Notes: generated by a model from the letters alone, not told the origin. DNA of 32,000 bases from Nanobdellota archaeon (GCA_038046005.1 JBBSXB010000005.1:14207-46206); one strand, 5' to 3'; counted from the stretch's first letter, positions 16,773 through 25,856 are shown. Numbers and translations: made by a program.

Positions 16773-17030
16773 TTTCTGGAAAAAATTCTTCATTTAACTC
16801 TTAAGAAGAAATGGTTTGATCTTATTTTATTTGGGAAAAAGAAAATTGAGTACAGAGATATAAAGCCTTATTGGACTAAAAGGTTTTTTGAGAATGGAGA
16901 GGCAAAGAAATTTGATTTTATAATTTTTAAAAATGGCTATGCTAAAAACTCACCAAAAATAAAAGTTGAGTTTTTAGGAATTATAAAAAATAAAATGTAT
17001 GAGATTATTCTGGGAAGAGTTGTTGGATAA
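16773..17030 (+). CDS. ASCH-domain-like ORF without a canonical start codon
   Basis: Open frame ..ILHLTLKKKWFDLILFGKKKIEYRDIKPYWTKRFF..FIIFKNGY..KVEFLGI.. resembles short ASCH proteins. No ATG/GTG/TTG occurs near its 5' end (candidates are only CTG 16776 and ATT 16785). A TATA-like box lies at about 16744-16755. Not in the supplied ORF track. Confidence 0.45.
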   Translation, partial: FLEKILHLTLKKKWFDLILFGKKKIEYRDIKPYWTKRFFENGEAKKFDFIIFKNGYAKNSPKIKVEFLGIIKNKMYEIILGRVVG

Positions 17031-17045
17031 AGAAATGAAATTTTA

Positions 17046-18653
17046 TTACATATTACCCATAATAACAGTGATATCGCTTATGTCTGTTCTGTTGTCATTG
17101 TTAACATCTAAATGTTTGTAGTTATTCCAATCAATATTCTCACTATTTCTTCCCTGCCATCTTATTACTAAGACTAAATCAATTATATTCACTTTGCCAT
17201 CTGAGTTTACGTCTGGGGAGTTTGGGGCAACTCCAGAAACATATTCATACCTTCCAATATCTGGTGCTGAACCACTCCAGTGTCTGCAATCTGTTAAATT
17301 ACTTCCACCATTGCTGTCTGATAATGCACAGTGGAAACCAGGAATGAATGTTCCGTTGTCTATAACAGGGCTGTTGTTTGCTAGCCTTAAAAAATTTGGA
17401 TTTGCTGGATCTGTCGAGATGAAAAGAGGATTTTCCTCAATGCTGCCGTCTCCGTTTGCAGGGTTGCCTCCAGCACCATCCCAATATGAACGCCAACCAA
17501 TAAGTGTGTAAAGTACACCATTCCAGCAAAAATGCCTGTTGTCTGTAGGATGATACAGCAAGTTATTTCCTTCAAAAAAGTTGGTTGCAGTACCACTTTC
17601 TCTGTTAGTTAATTCCCCTCCTTCACTGCCGGCGCTGCAAAGTCCTCTATTACCATAATAAAGAATGTTGTTGTAAACTTTAGATCCATTCGTAACAACC
17701 TGATAAAAAGTATGGTGAAGGCCATCACCTAAGACAATATTATTGAAATATCTTATATTTTGGCCAGGGAGGTAAGTAGTTGATGAAGACTGTCTGCTGC
17801 CTAAAGCATTCTCGCTAAAACTATAGATGACATTATCAAAAATGTCTATATTAATAGGTTGGGCAAAATGATATATTCCCTCACCAACATCATGAATAGT
17901 ATTATTGTAAATTTTCAAGTTGGAGTCATGGCTTTTAAGCCAAATACCTCCGTGTTCATTGTAAATATGATTGTTTCTTATTATTGAATTGTTCAGACCA
18001 TAAAACTCGATTCCTGCTCCTGTCCCAGAAAAACAAGTTGGATCTTTGTTATCATGGATTTTATTATTTTCTATGAGGACATTATTGAACATGCCGTAAT
18101 CTACTCCTCCAAAAATTCCTCCAAGTATTCCTCCATTGTTGTTGCCCCCTGTTGAGCCTGCAACATTGTGGATATGTGAATTTCTGATTGTGATATCACT
18201 TGATCCTGTTGCTGCGAGTGTGATGCCCCTATAGCCATTACTTACATCTAAAGAGTCAAGTGTTATGTATGAGGCTCCAATCACAACAGCGTAAGTCAAT
18301 GAATTTCCAGTAATGTTTGGCATGGGATCGCTAGGATATTTTGTGTAAGTAATTGGGTTGCCTGGAGAGCCTCCCCTATTAATGTTTAAAGTCCCTCTAT
18401 CCCCAGATCCGAGAGGAATTCCAGACAATTCGAAGTATGTTCCACTTCTAATATAAACAGTATCCCCCGGCATTGTTACGCTTTCCCCTTTATGAATAGT
18501 GCAAAAGGGAGATGATGCAGAAGTTCCAGCATTAGAATCACTACACACCCCACCAATAGAATCTTTGTCAACATAATAATTTGCAGCGCTAACAATGCCA
18601 ATTAAAACAAAAAGTAATATTATTGCAAAAAATACCTTCTCTTTTTTTATCAT
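17046..18653 (-). CDS. secreted right-handed parallel beta-helix (PbH1/DUF1565-like) protein with C-terminal dockerin-like repeats
   Basis: Signal/anchor FFAIILLFVLIGIVSA. N-terminal ..YYV....SPF.TI....PGDTVYIRSGTY. Repeated ..I.NN.I.. beta-helix rungs. C-terminal DVNSDGKVNIIDLVLVI..LDVNNDNRTDISDITVI (two Ca-binding dockerin-type segments, about 17049-17222). Confidence 0.75.
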   Translation of the reverse strand: MIKKEKVFFAIILLFVLIGIVSAANYYVDKDSIGGVCSDSNAGTSASSPFCTIHKGESVTMPGDTVYIRSGTYFELSGIPLGSGDRGTLNINRGGSPGNPITYTKYPSDPMPNITGNSLTYAVVIGASYITLDSLDVSNGYRGITLAATGSSDITIRNSHIHNVAGSTGGNNNGGILGGIFGGVDYGMFNNVLIENNKIHDNKDPTCFSGTGAGIEFYGLNNSIIRNNHIYNEHGGIWLKSHDSNLKIYNNTIHDVGEGIYHFAQPINIDIFDNVIYSFSENALGSRQSSSTTYLPGQNIRYFNNIVLGDGLHHTFYQVVTNGSKVYNNILYYGNRGLCSAGSEGGELTNRESGTATNFFEGNNLLYHPTDNRHFCWNGVLYTLIGWRSYWDGAGGNPANGDGSIEENPLFISTDPANPNFLRLANNSPVIDNGTFIPGFHCALSDSNGGSNLTDCRHWSGSAPDIGRYEYVSGVAPNSPDVNSDGKVNIIDLVLVIRWQGRNSENIDWNNYKHLDVNNDNRTDISDITVIMGNM

Positions 18654-18694
18654 ACAAAATATAATAAATCTTGGTTAATAAATATTTTTGTTAT
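18654..18694 (-). promoter_or_regulatory. conserved upstream element / promoter of beta-helix paralog A
   Basis: Counting from the start codon, 36 of 44 aligned positions (18651-18694) are identical to 22350-22393. On the coding strand it contains aatatttattaa (TATA-like) about 27 nt from the ATG. Confidence 0.55.
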
Positions 18695-18698
18695 AGAA

Positions 18699-19001
18699 TT
18701 AATAATCAGGCAGCTCTTCTTCGTTCTTGAGAGTTTTTTGAGGCTTGCCTTTTGGCTTGTATTCGCCCTTAACACTTTCTGCAGGTGCTTCAAGTTCGCT
18801 TAAAGGAACAGAGTTTATCATCTCTCTGAATTTTACAAAATGCTCTGCGGGAACTCTTGTGCCTGCTTTTGTGAATCCTGTATATTTTTCAGATGTAACG
18901 AACTCTCTTATAGTTACTCCCTTTCTTCCTCCAAAGTCATCTATTCTTACAAGAATATCTGTCGTTGCGTTTTTTTGGATTTTTCCTATGTCTTTGTCCA
19001 T
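18699..19001 (-). CDS. PC4/YdbC-like ssDNA-binding protein (transcriptional coactivator p15 family)
   Basis: ..DILVRIDDFGGRKGVTIREFV....GFTKAGTRVPAEHFVKFREMI recalls the PC4 fold pattern. Recognition by eye only. Confidence 0.45.
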   Translation of the reverse strand: MDKDIGKIQKNATTDILVRIDDFGGRKGVTIREFVTSEKYTGFTKAGTRVPAEHFVKFREMINSVPLSELEAPAESVKGEYKPKGKPQKTLKNEEELPDY

Positions 19002-19083
19002 TGATAATTGAGAAATGCTTTATTTTTAAATTGTTCTATTCAACTGCATATATGTTTTTATATTGGCTTTTGTGGATTAGCAA

Positions 19084-19941
19084 ATGGAAACAGGAAGGGT
19101 TACTTCTCCAGGGGCTGAAGAAGATTTAGGGAAGGAATTTAGAGTTTTAGACAGAGGATTTGTTAGGCTTGTTAATTATATGGGTGATGACTCTTCTATT
19201 GTACAGGCCGCTAGAGTTTCTTATGGTGCGGGAACCAAAAAAGCTCATGAAGATAGAGGTTTGATAAGATATTTGATGAGACACAGACACACGACTCCGT
19301 TTGAAATGGTTGAGTTTCAGTGGCATGTTAAACTTCCTATTTTTGTTGCAAGGCAGTGGATAAGACACAGGACAGCCAATGTTAATGAATATTCAGGAAG
19401 ATATTCTGTTATGAAAGAGGAATTTTATATTCCTAACGAAGATAGAGTTCAGCTACAAAGTCAGTCAAACAAACAGGGATCAGAAGGAGAGGTGTCTCCA
19501 GAATTAAGGGAGAGATTTCTTAGTGTTCTATTGGTTGATGCGCAGCTAAATTTTGATCACTATAAAGAATTTGAGCAATCAGATATTGCAAGAGAGCTGG
19601 TAAGAATTGGACTCCCACTTTCAACTTACACTGAATGGTATTGGAAAATTGACTTGCATAATTTGTTTCATTTTTTAAATTTAAGATTAGACAAACATGC
19701 TCAGGAAGAAATTAGATTATATTCCGAGGTTATGGCTAATACTGTCAAGAAAGCTATGCCTGTTGCTTATGAGGCCTTTGAAGATTATGTTTTAAATTCA
19801 GTTAGTTTGTCTGGATTAGAAATAGAAGTTATTAAAGGTGTTTTGAATGGGAATCCATTTAATGCTGCTTTGGAAAATTCAGAGCTTTCAAAAAGAGAAA
19901 AAACCGAGTTTTTAGAAAAGTGGAGAAAATTAAGTGTATAA
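19084..19941 (+). CDS. thyX: FAD-dependent thymidylate synthase ThyX
   Basis: ThyX signature RHRTANVNEYSGRY (RHR-x7-S) and the family-typical ..TPFE..F.F.I..P..V..Q..RHR.. context. Confidence 0.92.
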   Translation: METGRVTSPGAEEDLGKEFRVLDRGFVRLVNYMGDDSSIVQAARVSYGAGTKKAHEDRGLIRYLMRHRHTTPFEMVEFQWHVKLPIFVARQWIRHRTANVNEYSGRYSVMKEEFYIPNEDRVQLQSQSNKQGSEGEVSPELRERFLSVLLVDAQLNFDHYKEFEQSDIARELVRIGLPLSTYTEWYWKIDLHNLFHFLNLRLDKHAQEEIRLYSEVMANTVKKAMPVAYEAFEDYVLNSVSLSGLEIEVIKGVLNGNPFNAALENSELSKREKTEFLEKWRKLSV

Positions 19942-20535
19942 TTAAATCAAACTTGCTTTTATTATCTTGACTTCATTTACAGGCCTGTCATTTGAATCTG
20001 TTTCAACTTTTGATATTGCATCAATGACATCCATTCCTTGTATGACTTCTCCAAATGCGGGGTGTTTTGTGTCTAAGAAATTATTATTTACTGTGTTTAT
20101 GAAGAATTGGCTTCCTCCTGTATTTGGACCGGAGTTTGCCATTGATATTGTTCCTCTGTTGTTTTTGTTTCCGCCTTCGTGGGTAAATTCATCTTTAATG
20201 CTGTATCCTGGACCGCCTGTTCCCCATAAATAAGATTTTGATTTGTCTTTTGTCAATGGATCTCCGGTTTGTAACATGAATCCATCAATTATTCTGTGGA
20301 ATAAAACTCCGTCATAAAAACCCTGGCTCACAAGTTTTTCAAAATTTTCAGTTGTAATAGGCATGTCATCATAAAGCTGTATCACAAAATTTCCTTCTGA
20401 TGTCTCAAATTTTATTTTTGTTGAATCATCCATTGTTGTTTTTCCCGTAGTGTTTCCTGTTATTTTTCCTTTTCCAAAAACAAAAAATGCAATTAACAAC
20501 ACTGCAACAATAACAAGTATTGCACTTATTTTCAT
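19942..20535 (-). CDS. cyclophilin-type peptidyl-prolyl cis-trans isomerase, membrane-anchored/secreted
   Basis: FHRIIDGFMLQTGDP, GTISMANSGPNTGGSQFFI, and an N-terminal hydrophobic helix ISAILVIVAVLLIAFFVF. Confidence 0.92.
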   Translation of the reverse strand: MKISAILVIVAVLLIAFFVFGKGKITGNTTGKTTMDDSTKIKFETSEGNFVIQLYDDMPITTENFEKLVSQGFYDGVLFHRIIDGFMLQTGDPLTKDKSKSYLWGTGGPGYSIKDEFTHEGGNKNNRGTISMANSGPNTGGSQFFINTVNNNFLDTKHPAFGEVIQGMDVIDAISKVETDSNDRPVNEVKIIKASLI

Positions 20536-20557
20536 AAGATATCTTATAAATTTATCT

Positions 20558-20818
20558 TTATAAGGATTTTGGATTTAGTTTTGATAATAAAGAATTAACC
20601 TTATCCAGATTCTTATCCTCTGCAGCTCTTTCTAAAGAGGAGTAATAATCTTTAGATACATCAAATCTATCAAATGGGAAATCTAAGACCCCACAGCTTT
20701 CATCATCAACCATTAAACATACTCCTTCTTGAGTCACACTTATTATCTCAATTCTCCCAACAACAGAATAGCAAGTTCCCCAAGTGCCTGTTTCATATTT
20801 TCTTAATTCCATGAACAT
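20558..20818 (-). CDS. small hypothetical protein
   Basis: 86-codon ORF lying between beta-helix paralog B and the cyclophilin gene on the same strand. No motif recognised. Confidence 0.4.
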   Translation of the reverse strand: MFMELRKYETGTWGTCYSVVGRIEIISVTQEGVCLMVDDESCGVLDFPFDRFDVSKDYYSSLERAAEDKNLDKVNSLLSKLNPKSL

Positions 20819-20885
20819 TGAAGAAAAAAGAAGTTTAAATTAATTTATATTTAGGGTTTATAAGTTTTGGGAATTTAAATTTCAA

Positions 20886-22352
20886 TCACATATTACCCAT
20901 AACAATCTGCACGTCATTCCAATTAATTAAAGTATCATTGTTTAAATCCAAATGAGCATAATTTCCTGTTGATAGTCTTCCTTGATTAAAAATTACAATT
21001 GACAAATCTTTGACATTGATTAATCCGTCGGAGTTTACATCGGGAGAGTTTTGCTGACTTTGTGTTTGGCCAGCATAGTATCCCATATTAACACAAGGAC
21101 TTCCGGTTGTAGGTTTTAGAAAGTCCAAACTCGAAGGATTGGTTGAAATCAATTGCGGGTCTGCAAATAATGAATTCACATCCAAATTAAATAACTGTTG
21201 TGCTTGGGTGAACGAATATAAATTTCCGCCTGAGCCAAGATATTGCAGGAAAGTTCTCGTGCTTGGAGTATAATAGATGCAGTTGTTATCTGAATGTATG
21301 CTTAAAATTGAAGCTTGCATTGGATCATACGGCGCATAATCTGCACAGTTAGTACCATATTTGCAGACATTATACATACCTTCAACACCAATGCACTGGT
21401 AGAAAATATTTTCTTGTATTGTAAGATTTTTTCCCTCCCAATACAATAACGTCTGCCCGCAGGAAACAAAAGTATTGTATTCAATTGTTGAATTTTGATT
21501 ATTATATGTAGCAGGATTTGCAAAATCCGCTGGTCCTCCATAAGAATCGATTGCATTTTGAGTGATGTTAAATAAGAGGTTATGATGAAAATGAGTATTC
21601 CTATTTCTTATTTTCGTGCCTTGATAGTTGTTGTAAATAGTATTATTGTAAATTTCTAAACCCCCCACTCCAGGATGTTTCTGGAAAATACCAGTAACCT
21701 GGCTGTCATGAATGATATTATTTCGAATAGTAATGTTTTGTGAATCATGGATGTAATCAGGAGAGTGAATCGTAATATCTCCACAATTGTCACCAAAAGA
21801 ATCTGCATTATGGACATTGTTATTTTCTATTAGGGCATTATTGGTGTACCAAAATTGTATCTGTCCGTCAGTGCCATCACAGTTCATTGTGGTTCCATAA
21901 ACTTCCAGATTGCGAACAACAATATCATTGCCATATTCTACCTTGAGTGAAGAAGCTCCAACTGTTCCAGTTTCTTGTCCATTTCTAATAACCAAATTCT
22001 CAACATTGACGAAGTTTGGAAAGCTAAGCCACATTGCAGGAAAAACATGATTACCATCTACTATTGCTGTTTCACCAGGATATCCTGTTATAATAATATG
22101 ATTCTGAGCATTCCCAGTAAGTGTATCTCTTCTTGTATTCTCAATATATGTTCCTCCTCGAATGTAAAGAACATCACCAGGAACACCAATTGCATTTAAT
22201 CCTCTTTGAACAGTTCTAAATGGAGATGCTAAAGTTCCAGGATTGGTGTCAAGCCCGGTTGTTGAAACATAATAATCTGTTGCAGAAATAAATGAGATAG
22301 TTGCAAACAAAAATAATCCTAAAATAACTAATTTTAACCTCTTATTCATCAT
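20886..22352 (-). CDS. secreted right-handed parallel beta-helix protein with C-terminal dockerin-like repeats (paralog of 17046-18653)
   Basis: Signal/anchor LVILGLFLFATISFISA. ..YYVSTTGLDTNPGTLASPFRTV....PGDVLYIRGGTY. Beta-helix rungs (IRNN.IHD, IYNNTIYNN). C-terminal NSPDVNSDGLINVKDLSIVI..LDLNNDTLINWNDVQIVMGNM (about 20889-21050). Confidence 0.75.
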   Translation of the reverse strand: MMNKRLKLVILGLFLFATISFISATDYYVSTTGLDTNPGTLASPFRTVQRGLNAIGVPGDVLYIRGGTYIENTRRDTLTGNAQNHIIITGYPGETAIVDGNHVFPAMWLSFPNFVNVENLVIRNGQETGTVGASSLKVEYGNDIVVRNLEVYGTTMNCDGTDGQIQFWYTNNALIENNNVHNADSFGDNCGDITIHSPDYIHDSQNITIRNNIIHDSQVTGIFQKHPGVGGLEIYNNTIYNNYQGTKIRNRNTHFHHNLLFNITQNAIDSYGGPADFANPATYNNQNSTIEYNTFVSCGQTLLYWEGKNLTIQENIFYQCIGVEGMYNVCKYGTNCADYAPYDPMQASILSIHSDNNCIYYTPSTRTFLQYLGSGGNLYSFTQAQQLFNLDVNSLFADPQLISTNPSSLDFLKPTTGSPCVNMGYYAGQTQSQQNSPDVNSDGLINVKDLSIVIFNQGRLSTGNYAHLDLNNDTLINWNDVQIVMGNM

Positions 22353-22393
22353 ACAAAATACAACAAATCTCTATTAATAAATATTCTCGTTGT
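22353..22393 (-). promoter_or_regulatory. conserved upstream element / promoter of beta-helix paralog B
   Basis: See 18654-18694. It has the same aatatttattaa box at the same distance from the ATG. Confidence 0.55.
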
Positions 22394-22405
22394 TAATCTT
22401 GGGAA

Positions 22406-22666
22406 TTAATATTTGTAGAACTGGACACTGGCTATTCTAGTTTCTTTTCCAGCCTCATCTTCAAATTCTCCTTCTGTGTATCCATTTGCATCAGGACAAT
22501 TAGACTCACGCAGTTTCCAAACCTCAAGATGTATCAAACCTTCTCCGTAGTTTCTATGTATTTTTACTGTCTTTGGTTCTCCGATTTTTTCTGGGTGGAC
22601 AACTAAATTTGTTTTGGTCACTCTGAACACTTCCTCATCGTGTACGAGCTTGTTAAGATGTATCAT
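22406..22666 (-). CDS. small hypothetical protein
   Basis: 86 codons from ATG 22666 (MIHLNKLV..). Its stop abuts the conserved promoter of beta-helix paralog B. No motif recognised. Confidence 0.4.
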   Translation of the reverse strand: MIHLNKLVHDEEVFRVTKTNLVVHPEKIGEPKTVKIHRNYGEGLIHLEVWKLRESNCPDANGYTEGEFEDEAGKETRIASVQFYKY

Positions 22667-22808
22667 AGATATTGCCGAAACTGAGAATATATAAATATTA
22701 TTGCAATTAATTTCACAACGCTTCAAACCACATGCTTATATAAGCAAATAAATATCTAAAAATTGTTTGGAAAATCATTTTGTTTTTGCCTCTTGTTTTT
22801 GTTTTTAA

Positions 22809-23117
22809 TCAATCTTTCATCTCAATTTTTATGTTGATGTTTTTAGGGATTTTCATCCTCATTATGTGATGCAGAATTTTTTCATTTGCTGGAAGGTCAA
22901 TAAGCCTTTTGTGGATTCTCATCTCAAATCTATCAAAAGTTGCTGTACCATTACCACACGGAGATTTTCTTGTAGTTATCTTAAGCTTCTGAGTTGGCAA
23001 AGGAACTGGTCCACTTACCATTATGCCTGATTTTTTTGCAATATCGCTGATAGATGTGCATATTTCGTTCAACATGCCTATATCTGTGCTATCAAGTTTT
23101 ATTCTTACTTTACCCAT
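22809..23117 (-). CDS. rps10: 30S ribosomal protein S10 (uS10)
   Basis: MGKVRIKL..LPTQKLKITTRKSPCGNGTATFDRFEMRIHKRLIDL is the archaeal uS10 signature. Confidence 0.92.
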   Translation of the reverse strand: MGKVRIKLDSTDIGMLNEICTSISDIAKKSGIMVSGPVPLPTQKLKITTRKSPCGNGTATFDRFEMRIHKRLIDLPANEKILHHIMRMKIPKNINIKIEMKD

Positions 23118-23154
23118 ATCTTAAATCCTCGAAATTAGTTTAAAAACCTTTTTA

Positions 23155-25794
23155 TCAATCTGCATTTTCATTCCAGAAGTGTTTTTTGTTATTAAAGTGT
23201 TTAAGGGTGTCAAATAGCGCAAAAAATACAAATGCGGCGCTGAGAACAATAATCCAATCATTAATACCAATTGGAGCGGTTGCGAACAAGGAGCTTACTG
23301 GTGTATATATTATGACTAAAGTTGCCAGTATTGACACTGCTGAGGCATATGCCAAATATTTATTTACCAAAGGAGATCTTGTCAAAACCCCTTTTCTAAA
23401 TGATCTAAAGTTAAATGCTCCTGCAACTTCCACAATTATCAAGGTTGCTAGGGCAGTTGTTCTAGCATAATCGAGGGGCTGGTGTAAAACACTATAAGTT
23501 AGGAAAAAGACCGAAAGTGTAAGCAAGCACATTATCAATCCTGAAAAGGCTATTAACATATACAATTTACTGTTTAGCAAATTTGAGTTTTTTAGACCCC
23601 TACCTTCCATGATGTCATCAGATGAAGGGTTTAATCCAAGTGTCAATGATGGAAGATTATCCGTAACAAGATTCATGAATAAAATGTGCAATGCGAGTAG
23701 AAGCGGAATTGGCCAGCCTATTAATGGGGCGAGTAAAACTCCGAAAAAAAGAATTGCTAACTCGGCATGGTTGCAGGACAATTGGTAACTTACAAATTTT
23801 CTTATGTTATAAAAAATTGTCCTTCCTTCTTTTATTGCATCAACTATCGTTGCGAAATTATCATCTCTTAAAGTCAGATCAGCAACAGATCTTGAAACGT
23901 CTGTGCCATTTTTTCCCATTGCAACCCCAATGTGGGCTTCTTTGAGTGCAGGAGCGTCGTTGACTCCATCTCCAGTCATCGTTACGATTTCTCCATTTTG
24001 TTTTAGAATTTTGACAATCCTCAACTTATGCTCTGGTTTGACTCTGGCAAATATTGTTATGTCTTTTATTATTTTTGCGAGATTTTCGTCGCTGATTTCA
24101 TCAATTTCCTGACCTGTAAAAACTCTCTTATATTCAAGGCCTATCTGTCTTGCGATGGATATCGCAGTTTCTTTGTTGTCTCCCGTAATCATCTTTACAC
24201 TTATTCCAGCTCTTACACATATTGCAAGTGCATTTTTTATTTCTTCACGAGGAGGATCTTCCAATGCAATTATCCCAAGGAAAATTAATTCTTCTTCCAT
24301 TTTTAAAAAACTATTTTTTTTGTATGCAATCCCTAGAGTTCTGTAAGTGTTTGAGGTTAGTCTATGATTGTTTTCAAGAATTCTTGCTTTTTCTTTTTCC
24401 AATAGCTTGTAAATTCCATCTTCTTTTTTTATTTGCGTGCATTTTGAAAGAATAATTTCTAAAGCCCCCTTTACATAGACTGTTTTTTCTTTTCCTTCTT
24501 TTGCGAGCACACTCATTATTTTTCTTTCAGAGCTGAATGGTATTTCTTCCTCAATGCTGAACTTCAAATCTTCTTTAAAAATTCCTGCTTTTACAGCAGC
24601 AATCAAAAGTGCTGCTTCTGTTGAAGTGCCAATTGGCTTGAAAATCATATCATCGCCGGTTCTTGAAATTATGGCGTCATTGCAGATTGTTGATGCTTTC
24701 AGAATTAAACTGAGATTTTCCTGTTTTGCTAAATCTACATTTTGCGAGTTGAGAGTAAATTTTCCATTTCCTTCATAACCAACGCCAGATACATCATATT
24801 CTCTTTGTCCAGTCAAAATTTTTTTTACAGTCATTTCTCCTTTTGTTATTGTTCCAGTTTTGTCAGAACATATAACTGTTGTCTCTCCAAGTGTTTCTAT
24901 TATTGAAATTCTGTTGACAATTGCATTTTTTTTCGCCATCCTGTAAGCTCCAATTGACAAAGTGGACATTAGGGCTACAGGCATCCCCTCAGGGACAGCC
25001 GATACAGATATTGCAATAACCAAAATTAAAATTTCTATTACATTCTCTTTTGATACTGGATAAGTTTGAGCAAGAGTTATTAATCCTGTTAAAACTGCAA
25101 CAATAACTGCGACGAGTGCCATGTACTTAGATATTTTGTTTACTTTTCCTCTTAATGGGAGATCTTTTTCTGCTTTAGAGATCATGCTTGCTATTTTCCC
25201 AAACTGAGTTGACATTCCTGTTTTTAAAACTTTGACCATACATTTTCCGCTTATTATATATGAACCCATTAAGAGGGTATTCTCATCAGAATATTTTTCA
25301 GAGTTTTTTGCAGCGCTTTTTTTTATTTCCCTTGATTCTCCCGTTAAAACTGACTCATCAACAAGAAGGCTTTTTTCTCCCAAGATAACGCAGTCGGCAG
25401 GAATTCTTTCACCATTCCTTAATACCAAAACATCCCCTGGAACAATTTCATTAGAATAAATTTCTTTTTCTCTACCACCCCTTATTACAATTGTGGTAGG
25501 CATAATCATTTTTCTTAAAGCGTTGATTGCTTTTTCTGCTTTGTATTCCTGGATAAATCCCACAATTATTACTATTGCAATAACTGCAAGTATTATGTAA
25601 GCTGTGACCATTTTTTCGACTATAAAAGAAATTATGAAGGCGGCTAGAAGAAGATAAATCATGAAGTTGCCCTTTATCTGCCTCAAAAGAATTTCAAAAA
25701 CAGAAATTTTATTTACTTCTTCTATTTCATTCTTTCCATATTTTTCTAAAAGCGTTTTTGCCTCTTCTTCTTCCAACCCATTCTCTTTCAACAT
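23155..25794 (-). CDS. cation-transporting P-type ATPase (P2, Ca2+-ATPase-like)
   Basis: TGES, CSDKTGTITKGEM, KGA.E, TGDN, TGDGVNDAPALK and N-terminal ..GLEEEEAKTLLEKYGKNE... I chose the start at ATG 25794 (MLKENGL..). Confidence 0.87.
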   Translation of the reverse strand: MLKENGLEEEEAKTLLEKYGKNEIEEVNKISVFEILLRQIKGNFMIYLLLAAFIISFIVEKMVTAYIILAVIAIVIIVGFIQEYKAEKAINALRKMIMPTTIVIRGGREKEIYSNEIVPGDVLVLRNGERIPADCVILGEKSLLVDESVLTGESREIKKSAAKNSEKYSDENTLLMGSYIISGKCMVKVLKTGMSTQFGKIASMISKAEKDLPLRGKVNKISKYMALVAVIVAVLTGLITLAQTYPVSKENVIEILILVIAISVSAVPEGMPVALMSTLSIGAYRMAKKNAIVNRISIIETLGETTVICSDKTGTITKGEMTVKKILTGQREYDVSGVGYEGNGKFTLNSQNVDLAKQENLSLILKASTICNDAIISRTGDDMIFKPIGTSTEAALLIAAVKAGIFKEDLKFSIEEEIPFSSERKIMSVLAKEGKEKTVYVKGALEIILSKCTQIKKEDGIYKLLEKEKARILENNHRLTSNTYRTLGIAYKKNSFLKMEEELIFLGIIALEDPPREEIKNALAICVRAGISVKMITGDNKETAISIARQIGLEYKRVFTGQEIDEISDENLAKIIKDITIFARVKPEHKLRIVKILKQNGEIVTMTGDGVNDAPALKEAHIGVAMGKNGTDVSRSVADLTLRDDNFATIVDAIKEGRTIFYNIRKFVSYQLSCNHAELAILFFGVLLAPLIGWPIPLLLALHILFMNLVTDNLPSLTLGLNPSSDDIMEGRGLKNSNLLNSKLYMLIAFSGLIMCLLTLSVFFLTYSVLHQPLDYARTTALATLIIVEVAGAFNFRSFRKGVLTRSPLVNKYLAYASAVSILATLVIIYTPVSSLFATAPIGINDWIIVLSAAFVFFALFDTLKHFNNKKHFWNENAD

Positions 25795-25856
25795 TAGATT
25801 AATAAATATACCAAACTTATAAATTTTAGGTAAAACAAAAAGAGGCGCTGAAATCA
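25795..25856. promoter_or_regulatory. 62-nt divergent promoter region between the Ca-type ATPase and the Kef-type antiporter
   Basis: The AT-rich boxes ttaataaatata and cttataaatttt are the only candidate TATA elements for both divergent genes. Confidence 0.45.
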
